A DNA stretch of 64,000 nucleotides from positions 5,068,690-5,132,689 of the forward strand of contig OZ240681.1 in the NCBI GenBank assembly GCA_965199165.1. The letters run 5' to 3'. The notes beneath the pieces are model-generated. The model made no database searches, was not told the DNA's origin, and was given only the letters and a program-made list of their open reading frames with translations. The stretch's first letter is position 1. Each line of letters opens with the position of its first letter. Below are positions 60,369-64,000 of the stretch, one piece after another. The position numbers and the translations under genes were made by a program. Origin of the DNA: Acetobacteraceae bacterium. Lineage in GTDB: Bacteria; Pseudomonadota; Alphaproteobacteria; Acetobacterales; Acetobacteraceae.

Positions 60369-63300
60369 TCATGCCAGTTCTCCTGTTGCATCGGTAAATA
60401 CGGCGATGCCGATGAGGTGGGTTACGGTCTCGCCATCCTCCGATACCGGCAGGACGAGGCGCTCGAAAATCAAAGGCGAGCCGTCACCGAAGTCAAAGCG
60501 GGCACCCTGATAGACCCCAGAGCGGTCCCGCATGCAACGACGATATGTGGCATGCAACTCTCCCACGATATCGTCGGTGTCGAGACTGTTGTCGATGACC
60601 ACCCCATCCAGTTGGCGACCGAGCCGCCCGGTCAGCGCAAATCCGACCGAGACAAACCGGAACGTGGGCGGCGAATGGCTTTCCACACTGACAAGAAAAC
60701 TATTCGGGCCGAGGCCGAAACGCGCGGGATCAATCTGCGAAAGGCTTGGCAGAGCCTCCCCGGGAAGACCCTGTGTCTGCCAGTTCAGGTAGAAGCGGCG
60801 CAGCGCCGGGGTCTTCAGCCGTTGCATCAACCGGCTGCGCGCATCGTTCGCGGGACTCGATCGTCCTAACAGCTGCGCTATGGAAGCAGCCATCGCCCCC
60901 ATGGAAAACGGCTTGACGAGCACCGTCTCGCCGGCAAGGTCGCCGCCCGTGTCACCCTTGGTCATGAACAGAACAGGCAGTTCCGGCCAGTCCGTGCGCA
61001 GGGACAGTGCCAGCGTGGGGCCGCTTGCGAAGGGCAGCAGCACGTCGGTCACCAGAAGATCGAGCCGCCTCAATGTGCGGACGAGGGCGAGTGCCGCCTC
61101 CGCACTCCTTGCCTCGAGCACGACGTAGCCAAGGTCGCGCAGATACACGGCGAGCACCTGGCGCAGCGAATCGTCATGATCGACGATCAACACCCTGGCG
61201 TTGCCATGCAGACAGGGTTCGGCCGCCAGCGCCGCATCCGCTCCGTTGCCGGCGACGCCGAGCGGCGCGCGCGGCAGAATGATCTCGATGCTCGTGCCGA
61301 CGCTGAGCTCACTCTCGATGCGGACACAGCCATCCTGGCGGCCTGCGAACCCGCTGACCATGGCGAGCCCGAGGCCGGTCCCCTGGCCCTCGGGCTTTGT
61401 CGTGAAAAAAGCCTCCGTCGCACGCGCCACGATCTCCGGCGGCATGCCGACGCCCGTATCGGAGACCGCGATCGAGACATAGTCACCGGCGGGAAGCTGG
61501 GGAGGCAGTTCCGTGGACTGAAGATTTCGCGCAAATGATCGTGATCCTGCCGTCCGCCTCCATGGCATCTCGCGCATTCACGGCGAGGTTGAGCAATGCC
61601 ACTTCCAGTTCATAGGGATCGGCAAGGACATGGCTGATATCATCGGCAACTTCGAACTCGCATCGCATCTTGACGCCGACTGCGTGACGCAGCAGATCGG
61701 CGGCCTCGGGAAGCATCCTGGCAAGGTCGATGACCTTGGGCGCCGACTTCTCCCGACGGACGAAGGACATCAACTGACTGACGAGCCTCGTCGCGCGATC
61801 GACCGCCTTCTCGCCCTGGTCGATGATAGCAAGTCCGACCGAATCATCGGTGCGCGCACGCAGCAACGTATAGCTGCCGCTGATCGCCATCAGAACGTTG
61901 TTGAAATCATGCGCAACGCCACTGGTGAGCTGGCCCAGCGCCTCGAGTTTCTGAACCTGCAGGAGGTTGGTCTGGATTTCCTCGCGCCGACGCATTTCGG
62001 CCGCAAGTTCATGGGCTGCGTCCTCAAGCGCGCGGGTGCGCGCCTGGACGAGACGTTCAAGCTCATCACGCGATTGCTTGAGCACCTGCCGCGCCTCGAC
62101 GAGCTCGGTGATGTCCGTGCTCGTTCCGAACCATGTTTCTATCTTGCCCGCGGCATTGCGCACCGGCAGCGCGCGCGCCAGCACCCAGCGGTAGACGCCG
62201 TCATAGCGGCGCAGGCGATGCTCCCTCTCGAACGGCTGGCCGGTGATGAGCGATTGGAGTCTCATCTCTTGGGAAAGCTCGCGATCTTCGGGATGCACGA
62301 GTTCATGCCAGGGAATTAACTTGAAGCCGAAGGAGACTCCGAGGAAGTCGAGGAAGCGCGCATTGGAATAGAGGGTGTTGCCCTCGGCGTCGGACGCCCA
62401 GATCATCTGCGGCATCGTGTCCGCGAGCGTTCTGAACCTCGCCTCGCTTTCCGCGAGTTTCTCGAGCGACCGCTTCCTTTCGGTGATGTCGCGGCCTTCC
62501 GGCAGCAGGAAGACGATGGCCTGCGACGAGTCCCTGATCGGGCGGATGCTGAAGTCCAAGATCGCCGGACGATTTTCGGCGGCACTCACCTCGACTTCAT
62601 AGTGAACCGGCGTGCCCGCGGCTGCCTCGGCGATGGCACCCTTCAGCCGCTCGGGCGCGTGCGGATCGGGGGATCGCGTCCACCAAGGTGTTTCCCAGAG
62701 CGGCCGCCCGATGATTGCCTCCCGCGGGACACCGGCAAACCTGATCGCAGCCTGGTTGGCTTCCAGGACGATGCCATCGGGGGAGAGCACACCCATCAAC
62801 TGGAACGTCGTATCGAACACGGCGCGGAACCTTGCCTCGCTGTCTGCGAGCGCGGTTTCCGCCCGCGTGCGTTCGACCGCCGCCCAGGTCCGCTCGGCAA
62901 CCTCGTCGGCCAGGCGTTCGTCGGCCGTCGTCCATTCACGCGGGACACGCTGATGCACGAACAAGACAGCCTGCAACCGGCCATCCTTCACAAGCGGAAC
63001 CGCGATGGAGGCCCGATGATGGTCGGCGGCGAAGGTCGCCGCCACCTCCGCGGAGACCTGCGCAAGCGGTTCCGTATCCGTATTCGCGTAGCTGACGGTC
63101 GTGCCGCGGCGGAGCAGGGCCACGATCGGCGCACCATAGTCCTTCAACCGGCGGCGGCCCGTCCGGCTCGGCATGTCGCCCGCGACCCAGTCCTCGCGGA
63201 AGAGCACGTATTCCCCATCCGAGGAAATCTCCGCATAGCCGACCCTGTCCGCTTCGAGATGAGTTCCGAGAAGGAAGGCGGCTTCCCGCATGATCCTGTG

Positions 63301-63513
63301 CGCATCCTTGAGCGGGCTGATCCGGTCGGAGAGCCTCAGCAGAAAGACGTGGTTGGCGGCATCGACCGCATCCGGCGTGATCTCCTGGAATTGCCGAAGG
63401 GCGTGGCGGATCACCTCGCTCGCGCTCCGGTAGCGGCCGGAGGCAACACGCTCCCCAACATAGGCTGTCAGTTCCGGTGTCAGCGAAACATTCAGGGCGG
63501 CACGGGAGGGCAT
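60369..63513 (-). pseudogene. Hybrid sensor histidine kinase: ParD-like RHH, GAF, PAS, PAS, HisKA, HATPase, REC, C-terminal PAS-like domain; frame-disrupted near 61523-61533
   Basis: ORF 61483..63546 carries LNVSLTPELTAYVGERVASGRYRSASEVIRHAL, GAF, two PAS, H-box GVAHDFNNVL and N-box LLNLAVNARDAM, ending ..GRITIICAK. ORF 60369..61577 continues in another frame with NLQSTELPP..VSDTGVGMP..GTGLGLAMV, REC (VLIVDHDD..LLVTDVLLP) and a C-terminal PAS-like domain. The span is 3n+1 nt. Confidence 0.8.
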
Positions 63514-63538
63514 AGGTCGATCCCGCAGAAGGTGGGCA

Positions 63539-63557
63539 GGTAGCAATCTTTGCTACC
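63539..63557. promoter_or_regulatory. Perfect inverted repeat GGTAGCAA-TCT-TTGCTACC, 26 nt upstream of the kinase start codon
   Basis: Read directly. Confidence 0.3.
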
Positions 63558-63951
63558 CTTTGAAACGCATGGCCAGCGGAATTTGCGGCTTCATTGCCTC
63601 TCTGAACTGATGTTTTGTTAATGTAACCATAAGCATGAAGTCCGGCCGGTGGCTGGCGGACCCCATGCGGCGTTGCTTCGATCAACGGCTCCTCGATGAG
63701 CCGTGTGAACACGATACCCGGGGTATTCCGCTCATGCCGCAGAGACGCCAGGTCGATTTTGCTGCGCAACAACCCCTGGGCGAGATCTACGAAGCGATGC
63801 CTCCCAGGTATGGGGACCCAGAAACAAAGTCTTTTTGCCTTGATGCGGCGAGGTCTACTGCGCCCGCAGGCCGGCAGATCGTCCGCTCCTGTGAGCGGCG
63901 ACCGCGGCGCCACCCGGCGGCAGCCGCGCCGACTATAAAAGGAAAGACATC

Positions 63952-64000
63952 ATGGATACGCCCGTCGTTCTGATTACCGGTGCCCTCACCGGCATCGCCC
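63952..64000 (+). CDS. SDR-family oxidoreductase, first 16 codons only (runs off the right edge)
   Basis: AAAGGAAAG RBS then MDTPVVLITGALTGIA, the start of a TGxxxGxG Rossmann motif. Confidence 0.45.
   Translation, partial: MDTPVVLITGALTGIA

Noticed and set aside
63600-63950. Minus-strand reading ..RFVDLAQGLLRSKIDLASLRHERNTPGIVFTRLIEEPLIEA.., considered as a possible regulator gene fragment divergent from the terminal SDR gene.
   Set aside because: It is part of a 325-aa ORF that is otherwise nonsense and overlaps the kinase gene. I could identify no start, RBS or family motif.

Overview
High-GC chromosomal segment (GC judged by eye, not computed) with clear alphaproteobacterial core synteny. 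Core blocks are the distal dcw cluster on the minus strand (murB remnant-ddl-ftsQ-ftsA-ftsZ-lpxC-bamD, 1-6.9 kb), sodB / yajC / DUF815, and dusB-ntrB-ntrC-ntrY-ntrX (20.2-27.6 kb) divergent from ispF-epmB-efp-suhB. Further core genes are an EmrAB-OMF efflux operon, gmk-yicC, xylA, anmK / tyrS and dnaE2. I found no rRNA, tRNA, CRISPR array, transposase or integrase. Accessory or unusual content, in order along the window: (1) the dcw cluster breaks off inside murB, which is fused to a truncated LivJ-type binding-protein gene at about 6.83 kb. (2) A patch at 10.5-16.7 kb holds a radical-SAM-like gene with a non-canonical CX4CX2C motif, in an apparent operon with a Gfo/Idh/MocA oxidoreductase and a GlcG/DUF336 protein, plus orphan alsD, a perhydrolase and a hydrolase remnant. 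(3) A three-gene stator-like module at 32.6-36.2 kb: a secreted Pro-rich OmpA-like protein, a MotA/ExbB/TolQ-type channel with a coiled-coil tail, and a MotB-like protein with a very long coiled coil and an OmpA domain. No flagellar, Ton or Tol partners are nearby, and an orphan SPPY DNA methyltransferase follows. (4) A lower-GC islet with an orphan thioesterase. (5) A secreted protein built from seven full (plus partial) near-identical 15-16 aa tandem repeats (50.45-50.83 kb). (6) A photoactive yellow protein (PYP) operon on the minus strand at 58.8-63.5 kb: hybrid histidine kinase, then pyp, then a 4-coumarate-CoA ligase. The kinase carries a ParD-like ribbon-helix-helix N-terminus. Three conserved genes (DUF29, dnaE2, the hybrid kinase) each show one frame disruption, and one hydrolase remnant has an in-frame TAG. 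This means either gene decay or an error-prone assembly, which the sequence alone cannot resolve. Many long ORFs in the supplied track are antisense or out-of-frame artefacts of high GC and were not called.
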